Below, one piece after another: positions 7,040 through 15,260 of a stretch of 52,402 bases of DNA (within the stretch, counting starts at the first letter, position 1; each line of letters opens with the position of its first letter). The position numbers and the translations under genes are program-made. Source of the stretch: an uncultured Rhodobacterales bacterium (GTDB lineage Bacteria; Pseudomonadota; Alphaproteobacteria; Rhodobacterales; Rhodobacteraceae). The stretch is from NCBI GenBank assembly GCA_964384315.1, contig CAYLLD010000001.1, forward strand, positions 5,224-57,625. Reading direction: 5' to 3'. Under the pieces are notes generated by a model. That model was not told the origin of the DNA. It worked only from the letters and a program-made list of their open reading frames with translations, and did not search any database.

Positions 7040-9523
7040 TTACAATATCCAGTCATCGCTGCTGTTATAGACAGCGCCATTTGCCAGCTCGACACCCGCA
7101 TCCGCATGGCGCATCGAGGTGTTGTCATCGACAAAGTACGAGCTGGAAACACCCACTTCGCCGTTTACGCGCCACACATCGCTGTCGATCTGATCATTTC
7201 CGCCAACATTGCCGCGGATAAAATCAAACCGATCCGGCTCGTCAAATGAAACCGAATACCAACCATCGTCTAGTCCGGTGAAGGCATAGGCACCATTTTC
7301 GCCGGTTCTCGTGGTGGCCACAGTTTGCCCGCCGCGCGTTAATGAAACACTAGCACCAAAAACACCGGGTTCGTTGGGGTCTTCGAACTCATCCCCATCA
7401 CGATTGATAAACATTCGCCCAGAAATGACCCCGCCACCTGTAGGCGGCGCAGGTGTCGGGATAGTTGGTGCATTGACCGTACCGCCCGTCCCCAAAAGGC
7501 CCGCATCGAGATCTAGTTCTGATCTAGTCGAAGAAATTTGATACTTTGCCGCCTCGCCATTGCCGTTGATGGTGCGCCAAACATCACTGTCAAAATTGTC
7601 TTCGCCGCCAACATTTACGCGGGAAAATTCGCGGCCGGTCTGCTCTTCGAAGAGCGCCCCGTACCAACCATCGGACAGCCCCGTGAAACTGTAAGCGCCA
7701 TTGCCATCAGTTGTTGTCGTCTCGACAACTTGAGATCCGCGGACCAAAGAGATTGTGGCCCCGGCCACGCCGGTTTCGCCATTATCCTCGCGTCCATTCT
7801 CATTGGCGTCGTTGAAATAGCGCCCGGCCAGAGTGCCACCACCTGCTGGAGGTGTTGGTGCGGGGGGTGTTGGTGCGGGGGGTGTTGGCGTGCCACCGCC
7901 ATTGCCCGAACCCACTAAGCCCGCGTCTAGATCAACCTCGGAGCGAGAAGATGAAATCTGATACTTCGCCGCCTCGCCATTGCCGTTAATCGTACGCCAC
8001 ACATCGCTATCAAAATCGTCATTTGCTGCGTTGACGCGCACAAAGTCGCGACCTGCTTGGGTTTCAAACAAGGCACCGTACCAGCCATCGGACAGCCCAG
8101 TGAAACTATAGGCTCCATTTCCATCGGTGGTGGTTGTGGCAACAACTTGTGACCCTCTTACCAAAGAAATTGTCGCACCTGAGACCCCAGTTTCACCTGC
8201 GTCTTCGCGATTATTCCCATTTTCGTCATTAAAATAACGTCCGGCCAACGTTCCACCGCCAGGTTGAGTTGGCGGTGTTGGGGCCGGTGGCGTTGGGGTT
8301 GGCGGTGTTGGGGTAGGTGTCGTGCTCACCGCGGGCTCAATACCAGCATCCGCATGGCGCATCGAGTTTGAACCGTTGACCAAATACGAACTCGTCACCC
8401 CAACGCCGCCCGCGCCCGTGGTCCAAACATCGCTATCGATCAGATCATTCGATCCGGTATTGCCGCGGACAAAACTGCGACCATTGGCATCCTCTTCGAA
8501 ATGGGCAGCATAATAGCCATTGCTCAAATTATCGAAGCTATAGCGGCCATTTGAATCAGTCGTCGTCGTGTCGACCACCTGCCCGCTGCGCACGAGTGAA
8601 ACTGTTGTGCCCGACACGCCAGGCTCGCCCGCGTCTTCGAGATTATTCCCATTCTCGTCTAACCAAAGGCGCCCAGCCAAAGTGCCATCTTCTGAAGACG
8701 GCGGCGTTGGGGCAGGCGGTGTAGGTTCCGGTGGGGTTGGACGTGCCGCGTTGCCTTCCAGCGGAATTGCGTGGCTTGCATGCGCATCGGCTGCAATTGA
8801 CTGCATCAACTCAGCATCTGACCGCGATACGCCTCGGGGCAGATATTCAGAAGGGCTTGGCGGAGTTTCATTAAAGACCGTCCAATAGAAAACATTCGCC
8901 TGCATATAGGACAAAAGAGCAGTGGCGTGTACCTCGTCTTCGGTCAAAATCCGTTCGGCGGTTTCCCCGTTGTCGCCATTTCCATATCGCGCGGTAATTG
9001 CTTTGTAAGCTTCGGAATAGGCCAGTCCAGCCGGTGCCAAGGCGGCATCATTGCGAATGGCGGTGCTTCGATAAAGGGCTTGAATGTCAGTTCCGAATGG
9101 GTCGCCTGCATTCAGCCGGTTCAAGTCAACCATCCAGTCGCCAGGCCAGTTTGTGTGCATCACTAACTGGCCGCCGTTTGCCTCAACCAAGTTGGAAAAG
9201 CGTGCGGCATAGGTGTTGAATTCGGCAATCCGCGATTGGTCTAAGTTGCGACCGTCGTGCATTTGCGTGGGGAGTGCGCCAAGAATGACAACATCATACT
9301 TGCCGCTGCGAATTTCATCCTGCGCGGCCATATAGCCAACGTCTTCCCAATGCGCGCGCAGGTTCGCACCACCGCGGTCAGACAAGGATGTTGTGACATC
9401 GTGACCGCCGCGTCGGGCGAGGTCTTCGAACTGATCGATTGTGCGTAAATTTACGTCGTTATTCGGACGGAAATAAACAAATGAATTCGATACAAAAAGG
9501 ACTTCCAACGTCTCACTCCCCAA
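7040..9523 (-). CDS. Leaderless 827-aa protein: N-terminal SGNH/GDSL-type hydrolase domain (DUF4886-like) followed by 4 SdrD-B-like repeats separated by Pro/Thr-rich linkers
   Basis: TTG start with a stop just upstream, so no room for a signal peptide. SGNH blocks are present: LFVSNSFVYF (Ser), VVILGA, and DEVH (DxxH) at aa 196-199. Four ~115-aa repeats end in DSDVW. Linkers are RPTPPEPTPPAPTPP, TPTPTPPTPTPPAPTPP and TPTPPAPTPPAPTPP. The protein ends in SSDDWIL. Confidence 0.85.
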   Translation of the reverse strand: MGSETLEVLFVSNSFVYFRPNNDVNLRTIDQFEDLARRGGHDVTTSLSDRGGANLRAHWEDVGYMAAQDEIRSGKYDVVILGALPTQMHDGRNLDQSRIAEFNTYAARFSNLVEANGGQLVMHTNWPGDWMVDLNRLNAGDPFGTDIQALYRSTAIRNDAALAPAGLAYSEAYKAITARYGNGDNGETAERILTEDEVHATALLSYMQANVFYWTVFNETPPSPSEYLPRGVSRSDAELMQSIAADAHASHAIPLEGNAARPTPPEPTPPAPTPPSSEDGTLAGRLWLDENGNNLEDAGEPGVSGTTVSLVRSGQVVDTTTTDSNGRYSFDNLSNGYYAAHFEEDANGRSFVRGNTGSNDLIDSDVWTTGAGGVGVTSSYLVNGSNSMRHADAGIEPAVSTTPTPTPPTPTPPAPTPPTQPGGGTLAGRYFNDENGNNREDAGETGVSGATISLVRGSQVVATTTTDGNGAYSFTGLSDGWYGALFETQAGRDFVRVNAANDDFDSDVWRTINGNGEAAKYQISSSRSEVDLDAGLVGSGNGGGTPTPPAPTPPAPTPPAGGGTLAGRYFNDANENGREDNGETGVAGATISLVRGSQVVETTTTDGNGAYSFTGLSDGWYGALFEEQTGREFSRVNVGGEDNFDSDVWRTINGNGEAAKYQISSTRSELDLDAGLLGTGGTVNAPTIPTPAPPTGGGVISGRMFINRDGDEFEDPNEPGVFGASVSLTRGGQTVATTRTGENGAYAFTGLDDGWYSVSFDEPDRFDFIRGNVGGNDQIDSDVWRVNGEVGVSSSYFVDDNTSMRHADAGVELANGAVYNSSDDWIL
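7427..8260 (-). repeat. Tandem duplication (2 x 417 bp) of one SdrD-B repeat plus PT linker inside the 827-aa gene
   Basis: Protein aa 422-560 and aa 561-699 are near identical. Shared strings include GGGTLAGRYFND, GATISLVRGSQVV, TTTTDGNGAYSFTGLSDGWYGALFE, FDSDVWRTINGNGEAAKYQISS. At DNA level the copies are offset by 416-417 nt (for example 7511 versus 7927). Confidence 0.85.
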
Positions 9524-9656
9524 AACAATTCGCTTTGGCGATGATAGGTCTTGCGATGCAAAAAACCAACTAGTTTGAAGCCCTTAAGCGCTTCAGTTGA
9601 CTAAGTTTTGAACCCGTGAATTGAGGCCCAGTTGAACGCAAATTTGGTTGGCCCAT

Positions 9657-9690
9657 AAAAAAGCCCGCCGAAACCATTGGCGGGCTTTTG
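9657..9690 (-). terminator. Rho-independent (bidirectional-type) terminator downstream of the 924-aa gene
   Basis: AAAAAAGCCCGCC-gaaaccatt-GGCGGGCTTTT: an 8-bp GC stem flanked by an A-run and a T-run, about 20 nt past the stop at 9710. Confidence 0.75.
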
Positions 9691-9709
9691 TAACATATGG
9701 CCTCAGGCC

Positions 9710-12484
9710 TTAGCCGATCCAATCGTTTTGGTTTGCATCAATCGCGTAGCGCGAAGCAACATCATCAGCGATATCTTGCATCAGCCTTGCATCAGCAGTG
9801 GACACACCACCAGGGCGATACTCAGATGTATCTGGCGCGTCTTCATTCATCAAAGTTTCGAACAAGACGTTCGCGGCAAGATACGCACCTATCGAGTCAG
9901 CATGGATGGCATCGACCGTCAAAATTGCCTCAGCTTTCTCGCCATTGTCGCCATACCGCTTGGACAACTCAGCATGTGCCGATGCCATCGCAAGACCGTT
10001 GGGCGCGTAATAGGCGTTATTCGCACTGGCCGTTGACCTGTAAACATCATGCGCCTCGGGCGAGAAGGTGTCGCCACCTCGAACGTCGATCTGCCAATCG
10101 CCAGCCCAGATGCCATAAAACACAGTTTCTGCGCCATTGGCATCGGCCAGATCAGTGAATTTGTCCGCGTAGTTCTTGAACTCGGCAACGCCACTTGTTG
10201 ACTCGATATTCTTATTGCTGCCCTGAAGGACGACCAGATCGATATCACCTGACTTGATGATACGCTGTGCATCCGATGTGTCCCAAAGCTTCTTGAGCGG
10301 CGACCCACCAATATAAGCGCTTTGATAAGTTACATCGTAACCAGCAACATCCAACATGGCGAGGAAATGCCCTTCTGGACTTTCCGATTTGTCCCCATTG
10401 GGGGCGAAGTAGGTATAGCTATTGCCCACGAACAAAATCGACATTTCTTTCTCGCCACTTTGCGGTGTCGGCGTGGGTTTTGGTGTCGGAGTCGGAGTTG
10501 GTGTCGGATCAGGCGTAGGCGCGTTCTTAACCACAATACCAGCGTCGGTATTATAGAAAGACTTACCACCGCTTACATCGCGATAGTCCGCTTCACCCCA
10601 ATTACCCGAGGTTTTCCAGACATCGCTGTCGATTGAGTCATTGCCGCCAGTATTGGTGCGCGTGAACTCGTAGGAAGACGAGGGCAACTGAAACTCAACG
10701 CGATAACCACCATCTTCAAGGCCCGAGAACTTATAGTTACCGTTTCCGTCCGTCTTGGTTGTCGTGACAGTGCGCCCAGATTGCGTCAAACGCACGGTAG
10801 CTCCGGACACGGCGCTATCGCTGCTGTCCTCGATCCCGTCCGAGTCTTCATCGTAGAAAAAGCGGCCTGCAATCGCACCATTTTTCACAACAACTTCAAC
10901 AGGTTCAGGCGTTGGCGTTGTTTGCTTTGACTTGATGCCAGCGTCGACATTGCTAACCGAAGACCCGTTCTTGACTTCGTAGTTTCCAGTCAGGCCAAAC
11001 CCGCCTGAATCTTTCCATACATCACTGTCGTTCGCGTCGTTGCCACCAGCATTGGTCCGGGCAAAATCATTGCTACCGCCTGGCTTGGCGAACTGAACAG
11101 CATACCAACCATCATCGAGATCGGAGAACTTATATTTACCGTTTCCGTCAGTCTTAGACGTCGCAACAACTTTTCCGTTTTGAAGCAAACGCACTTGGGC
11201 GCCAGAAAGGCCGCTATCGCCACCGTTCTCTGTATCCGAGCCATCTCTATCCCAGAAATACCGGCCCTCGAGTGATCCCGCAGATTTGGCAGGAACAGGT
11301 GTCGGCACCGGCTCGACGGATGTTTTTGATAGCAAACCGGCATCGACATTTGAAACCGTACTGCCATTTTTAACTTGGAACGACGTCGTCCGGCCATCGT
11401 TATTTGATGTGGTCCAAACGTCGCTGTCGACTGTGTCACTGGTCGCATTTCCGCGCGTGAATTTATAAGCACTGGAAATCAGGTCAAACTCAACCCCGTA
11501 CCAGCCGTCGGGCAGGTTATCGAAGCTGTAATCGCCGTTGCCATTGGTTTTCGTCGTGGCGATTACTTTGCCGCTTTGCATAAGACGAACTGTCGCCCCG
11601 GACACACCGCTATCGCCGCCATCTTCGCTGGCCGATCCGTTCCGATCAAAGAAATAACGCCCCTTTAGAGTTCCATCTTCCGACAACTTAATCGGTGACG
11701 GCTCAGGTGAACGCTCTTCAGCGTGTTTGGCGCTGTGCAAACCCGCATCTACATCGGAAACTGTGTTACCGTTCTTGATAACGACCTGACTTGATACACC
11801 AGTGCCGTTTGAGTTGGTTTTCCAAACGTCACTATCGACCGCGTCGTTTGAACCCACATTAGTCCGTGCAAAACTTGCGCCGTTAACGCTACCGAACTCA
11901 ACCGAATATCCGCCATCTTCAAGCCCGGTGAATTGGTAGTTACCACTTCCGTCGGTTTTGGATGTCGCAACAACTCTGCCGTCTTTGATCAGTCGGACGG
12001 TCGCGCCGGACACGCCACTATCGCCGCCATCCTGTTTGTCAGACCTGTTGTTGTCATAGAAATACTGACCTTTGACCACGCCTTTACCATCGGACGCGCG
12101 TGTCTGCGTGACGCTTGTGTTTGATGAGGGGACGATCGCTGCATCAATATCACTTACGTAAGAGCCGCGGCCAACATAGAACGAGCCGGAAATGCCTGCG
12201 CCGGAACCATCGGTCTTCCAAACGTCGCTATCTAGACGCTCATCGCGACCAACACCGGTTCGGGCGAACTGGCTGCCATATTCTGACTTAGAAAACTTGA
12301 CGTAGTGGTAACCTTGATCGACGTCAGAAAAGCGGTAGTTCCCGCTAGAATCCGTACGCGTTGTCGCAACCAGGTTCGAGCCCTGATAAAGATAGACGGT
12401 GGCACCGGGGATCCCGATGTCTGAACTGTCTTCGACATTCGTACCGTTCTTGTCGATGAAATAACGGCCTGCAACTGTAGACAT
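9710..12484 (-). CDS. Leaderless 924-aa protein: 5 SdrD-B-like repeats, a PT linker, then a C-terminal SGNH/GDSL-type hydrolase domain (paralog of the N-terminal domain of the 827-aa protein)
   Basis: The protein begins directly inside repeat 1 (MSTVAGRYFIDKNGTNVEDSSD...). There are five repeats ending DSDVWK/T. The linker is APTPDPTPTPTPTPKPTPTPQ. The SGNH domain has ILFVGNSYTYF, VVLQGSN and DAIH (DxxH). It ends in NQNDWIG. Confidence 0.85.
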   Translation of the reverse strand: MSTVAGRYFIDKNGTNVEDSSDIGIPGATVYLYQGSNLVATTRTDSSGNYRFSDVDQGYHYVKFSKSEYGSQFARTGVGRDERLDSDVWKTDGSGAGISGSFYVGRGSYVSDIDAAIVPSSNTSVTQTRASDGKGVVKGQYFYDNNRSDKQDGGDSGVSGATVRLIKDGRVVATSKTDGSGNYQFTGLEDGGYSVEFGSVNGASFARTNVGSNDAVDSDVWKTNSNGTGVSSQVVIKNGNTVSDVDAGLHSAKHAEERSPEPSPIKLSEDGTLKGRYFFDRNGSASEDGGDSGVSGATVRLMQSGKVIATTKTNGNGDYSFDNLPDGWYGVEFDLISSAYKFTRGNATSDTVDSDVWTTSNNDGRTTSFQVKNGSTVSNVDAGLLSKTSVEPVPTPVPAKSAGSLEGRYFWDRDGSDTENGGDSGLSGAQVRLLQNGKVVATSKTDGNGKYKFSDLDDGWYAVQFAKPGGSNDFARTNAGGNDANDSDVWKDSGGFGLTGNYEVKNGSSVSNVDAGIKSKQTTPTPEPVEVVVKNGAIAGRFFYDEDSDGIEDSSDSAVSGATVRLTQSGRTVTTTKTDGNGNYKFSGLEDGGYRVEFQLPSSSYEFTRTNTGGNDSIDSDVWKTSGNWGEADYRDVSGGKSFYNTDAGIVVKNAPTPDPTPTPTPTPKPTPTPQSGEKEMSILFVGNSYTYFAPNGDKSESPEGHFLAMLDVAGYDVTYQSAYIGGSPLKKLWDTSDAQRIIKSGDIDLVVLQGSNKNIESTSGVAEFKNYADKFTDLADANGAETVFYGIWAGDWQIDVRGGDTFSPEAHDVYRSTASANNAYYAPNGLAMASAHAELSKRYGDNGEKAEAILTVDAIHADSIGAYLAANVLFETLMNEDAPDTSEYRPGGVSTADARLMQDIADDVASRYAIDANQNDWIG

Positions 12485-13095
12485 GTACTCAAGTCCTCAA
12501 GATAGTCTTAGCCTCAACTTAATGAGGCGTGTCCCTAATTTGATATAGTTGTACCCGATGATGGTTAACGCGAACACTCGATGGCCAAATTGCACAATGC
12601 CATAGGCGGGATATTGCACATTTTGATTTAGCGAGAAATTGCCAAGGCTGGGCATTGAAAGAATTTTGCGACGGTATGCCCGCATCTGAAGGCGAAATCT
12701 CTCATCAGGCTTCGAGGAATTTTTCGCGATTTGCCACATAAACTATTGTTATATTTGACAAAAAATTGAAATTACTCAGCCGTTAAATCTATGAAAAATT
12801 TAGTTTGGCTTGCAGGGTCTATTTTGTCTGCACCCGATCTCGTTTCAGCAATCTACAAGAAAATCGCGACTAAACTTGGCTCAATTTTCGTATATCTGGT
12901 CAGTTTTTGGAAAATTTTATGCAAAAAGAGAATCGGTTGACCTTTGCAAGCTTAACAAAACGTAAATTTTTGAATGATTCCGAAGGCTGTTGACTTTCGT
13001 CAAACCGGCCTGTTCGATTTTGGGACAGTAGCGTTAAGCCAATGCCCAAATAGGTGTCGGCCGCCACTTGGACGGCCTATAATTTTGCTATGGGC

Positions 13096-14103
13096 TTAGG
13101 CGATTTTCTTTTTGATATCGCGGCTCGGCGGCAGCATCAGCATACCGCGGATTGCTGCGCCTGCAGGCGCAAATTGGCCTCGGATCAACATTTGCGCAAT
13201 TTTACCAGCGTTGAACGCAACGGCAATCGGTAGGGCGATCGGCTTGAATTCTGCGATAAATCGCTGGCGAGACCGGGCCATGAAGTAAGAGGCCAGTTTA
13301 GACGGGGCCTTATCGAAAGAATGCGAGCCGATAACAGTTCCAGCGATGTGATGGATCGAACTGGTCTGGCAGTACTTCAGCGGCAAATCACCCCGATTTA
13401 GGCACCAAGAGACCTCATCATAGTAGATGAAATAGTGCTCGGGCATCGGACCGGCGACATCAAGAAACTCGCGGCTGACGAGCATATGCGCGCCCATGAC
13501 GTAATCCATGTCTTCGCCGCGAGGCGTAGGCGCCTCGCTGCCCTCTACGTAGGCATTCAAGTTTGAACACACACCCGTCCATAGGTTTACGCAACCGCCA
13601 TCTGATTGGATCGTCGTGGGCGGGCGAAGATAGTAAACGCGGCCCCCGATTGCGCCAAAGCGGCCTGCGTTATCCGCGTATTTTTTAAATTCAGCGGCAG
13701 AGTCGTTCAGAACCACAGAATCTGGGTTCAAAATCCAGAAATAGTCGATGTCGTCCATCGCCTTGAAGGCCTCGCAGCCCTTGTTGACCGCATAGGCATA
13801 ACCGCCGTTCTTGCCCGAATGCCAGAGCGTGATCTGACCTTCAGGGATATGTTTGGGCATTTCATGAGTTTCGACATAGGGGAGAGCGCCATGTTCGATG
13901 GGCTCAAACGGCATATCGTCGCTTTTTTGCCAAGTCCGCCGACCCTCTGCCCAGTCGCGGATTAGCTCGACCGTGTTATCTTTGCTTTCGTTATCCACCA
14001 CCAGAATGCGAACGTCACACCCATGAGAGGCAATAACACTTTCCAAACAATCGAGGATTTCTTCGCCCGTGTTGTAAGTCACAATGACAAGGCCAAGAGC
14101 CAT
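13096..14103 (-). CDS. Family 2 glycosyltransferase (rhamnosyltransferase-like GT-A fold)
   Basis: N-terminus LGLVIVTYNTGEEILDCLESV...VVDNESKDNT, then NGGYAYAVNKG and WILNPDSV (DxD-like), typical of GT2. Confidence 0.8.
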   Translation of the reverse strand: MALGLVIVTYNTGEEILDCLESVIASHGCDVRILVVDNESKDNTVELIRDWAEGRRTWQKSDDMPFEPIEHGALPYVETHEMPKHIPEGQITLWHSGKNGGYAYAVNKGCEAFKAMDDIDYFWILNPDSVVLNDSAAEFKKYADNAGRFGAIGGRVYYLRPPTTIQSDGGCVNLWTGVCSNLNAYVEGSEAPTPRGEDMDYVMGAHMLVSREFLDVAGPMPEHYFIYYDEVSWCLNRGDLPLKYCQTSSIHHIAGTVIGSHSFDKAPSKLASYFMARSRQRFIAEFKPIALPIAVAFNAGKIAQMLIRGQFAPAGAAIRGMLMLPPSRDIKKKIA

Positions 14104-14147
14104 GGGAATTCCTTACTTAAAACTTTAAAAATTGCCGCTAGAAAGAG

Positions 14148-14177
14148 CAATTGGCGCCATATCTTTGGCGCCAATTG
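14148..14177 (-). promoter_or_regulatory. Perfect 11-bp inverted repeat (CAATTGGCGCC-N8-GGCGCCAATTG) between the oxygenase and GT2 genes; hairpin (attenuator or weak terminator) or operator
   Basis: Read directly from the sequence. It lies 9 nt after the oxygenase stop and 45 nt before the GT2 start. A moderately T-rich tract (CTCTTTCT) follows it on the minus strand. Confidence 0.3.
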
Positions 14178-14185
14178 TCTTAAGC

Positions 14186-15001
14186 TTAGGCTTTTTCGTC
14201 GTAGACTTGTGAAGCTGTCTCGACGTCGGCGCGTTTGCGGATCAGATCCAGCACCGCCTCATCAGATTTTTGATCTTCGGTTGGGGCGAACAAAGCTTTG
14301 CCGCGATCATCTACATCTGCCGGTGGGTGGCACAAATAGTAAACCGCGAGACTTTTGCGCGATTGGCCATCTGGGCAAGTCAGTGGATCGGGCAGGCCGT
14401 GCCAGCTATTTTGCGTGGTATCAAACACCGCTGCGCGGTTGAATACTGGCTCAATTTGCTTTTCCAAGGCACCTGGTGCCTCGTCGGTTTCATTGCCCCA
14501 AAGGCCAAGGCTGCCGCCCCATGAATTTTGCCAATTTGGGTTCATGTAAACAATGATGTTAACTTTGCGCTGCAGGCCCAATTTCGGGTGCAGCGAGTAA
14601 TCCAAATGGGTGTTTAGCTTGCCGCCCTTGGTGTGGATATGCCAGCCGCCACCGTTTAGGCCGCTATCGGCAAAAAGCTCCATTCCACCAAACAAACGAT
14701 CGGACAAAAGCTTTACGAACTCCGCCGAGTTCAACATGTTGAATGCTTTGTAAGTCTCGGGCCTGAAATCGTTCCAGATGTTGCAAACCTTTTTGATTTC
14801 AATTGGGTTTGCGTATTTGTGCCAAAGCTCATCGTCGAATTCAGGGAATTCAGACTCTAGCTTTTGCGCAACATCCGGCGTGAAAAAGTTGTCGATGACC
14901 ATGTGGTCAAAGGGGCCTTCTTTGCCCCAAGTCTTTGCCGCTTCAACAATCCCGTCGACATTAAAATATGCCTTCAGTTCATCACTCACATCATCTGCCA
15001 T
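14186..15001 (-). CDS. 2OG-Fe(II) oxygenase of the prolyl-4-hydroxylase / Tpa1-OGFOD1-like type
   Basis: Internal ATG at 15001 with GGAGAAG upstream; the longer ORF up to 15103 has no RBS support. Motifs: PFDHMVIDNFF, the HxD iron ligands in NTHLDYS, IIVYMNPNW..WGGSLGLW, the distal His in NSWHGLP, and the 2OG-binding RKSLAVYY. Confidence 0.75.
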   Translation of the reverse strand: MADDVSDELKAYFNVDGIVEAAKTWGKEGPFDHMVIDNFFTPDVAQKLESEFPEFDDELWHKYANPIEIKKVCNIWNDFRPETYKAFNMLNSAEFVKLLSDRLFGGMELFADSGLNGGGWHIHTKGGKLNTHLDYSLHPKLGLQRKVNIIVYMNPNWQNSWGGSLGLWGNETDEAPGALEKQIEPVFNRAAVFDTTQNSWHGLPDPLTCPDGQSRKSLAVYYLCHPPADVDDRGKALFAPTEDQKSDEAVLDLIRKRADVETASQVYDEKA

Positions 15002-15260
15002 CGTTACTTCTCCGAGATCCTGTTCTTTGCCTTCGGTGTACCTAGGGCAGCATGTATTTCTATTCTGCAGGTTCGACAACTTTTTTTGAAACCCCCCACA
15101 CATATACCCTGCAAACTTGGCAGGTTTGCACCAAAAGCGCTCTCGCGAGGCCTTAATAGGCCGAAAAGTACTAATAACCGGGAAATTTGTGACGCTCTAC
15201 GTCAATTTTTTGGAATTCTATCGACACCATTTTTTCGATTAACCGCGTCACTCCCGCGAA

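Noticed and set aside
1786-8330. Short regularly spaced DNA repeats (24-bp units; PT-linker-encoding cc/gg-rich units) considered as a CRISPR array
   Set aside because: They are in frame within long ORFs, have no unique spacers of CRISPR size, and no cas genes are nearby.
7040-12484. Possible RTX (GGxGxD) calcium-binding nonapeptide repeats that would prove a T1SS substrate
   Set aside because: Strings such as NVGGNDAVDSDVW recur once per ~115-aa B repeat and are part of the SdrD-B/Cna-B fold. They are not tandem nonapeptides, so no RTX block is present.
13040-13075. GGCCG-N9-CGGCC hairpin downstream of the GT2 gene, considered as a terminator
   Set aside because: The stem is only 5 bp and no U-tract follows. 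That is not enough evidence.
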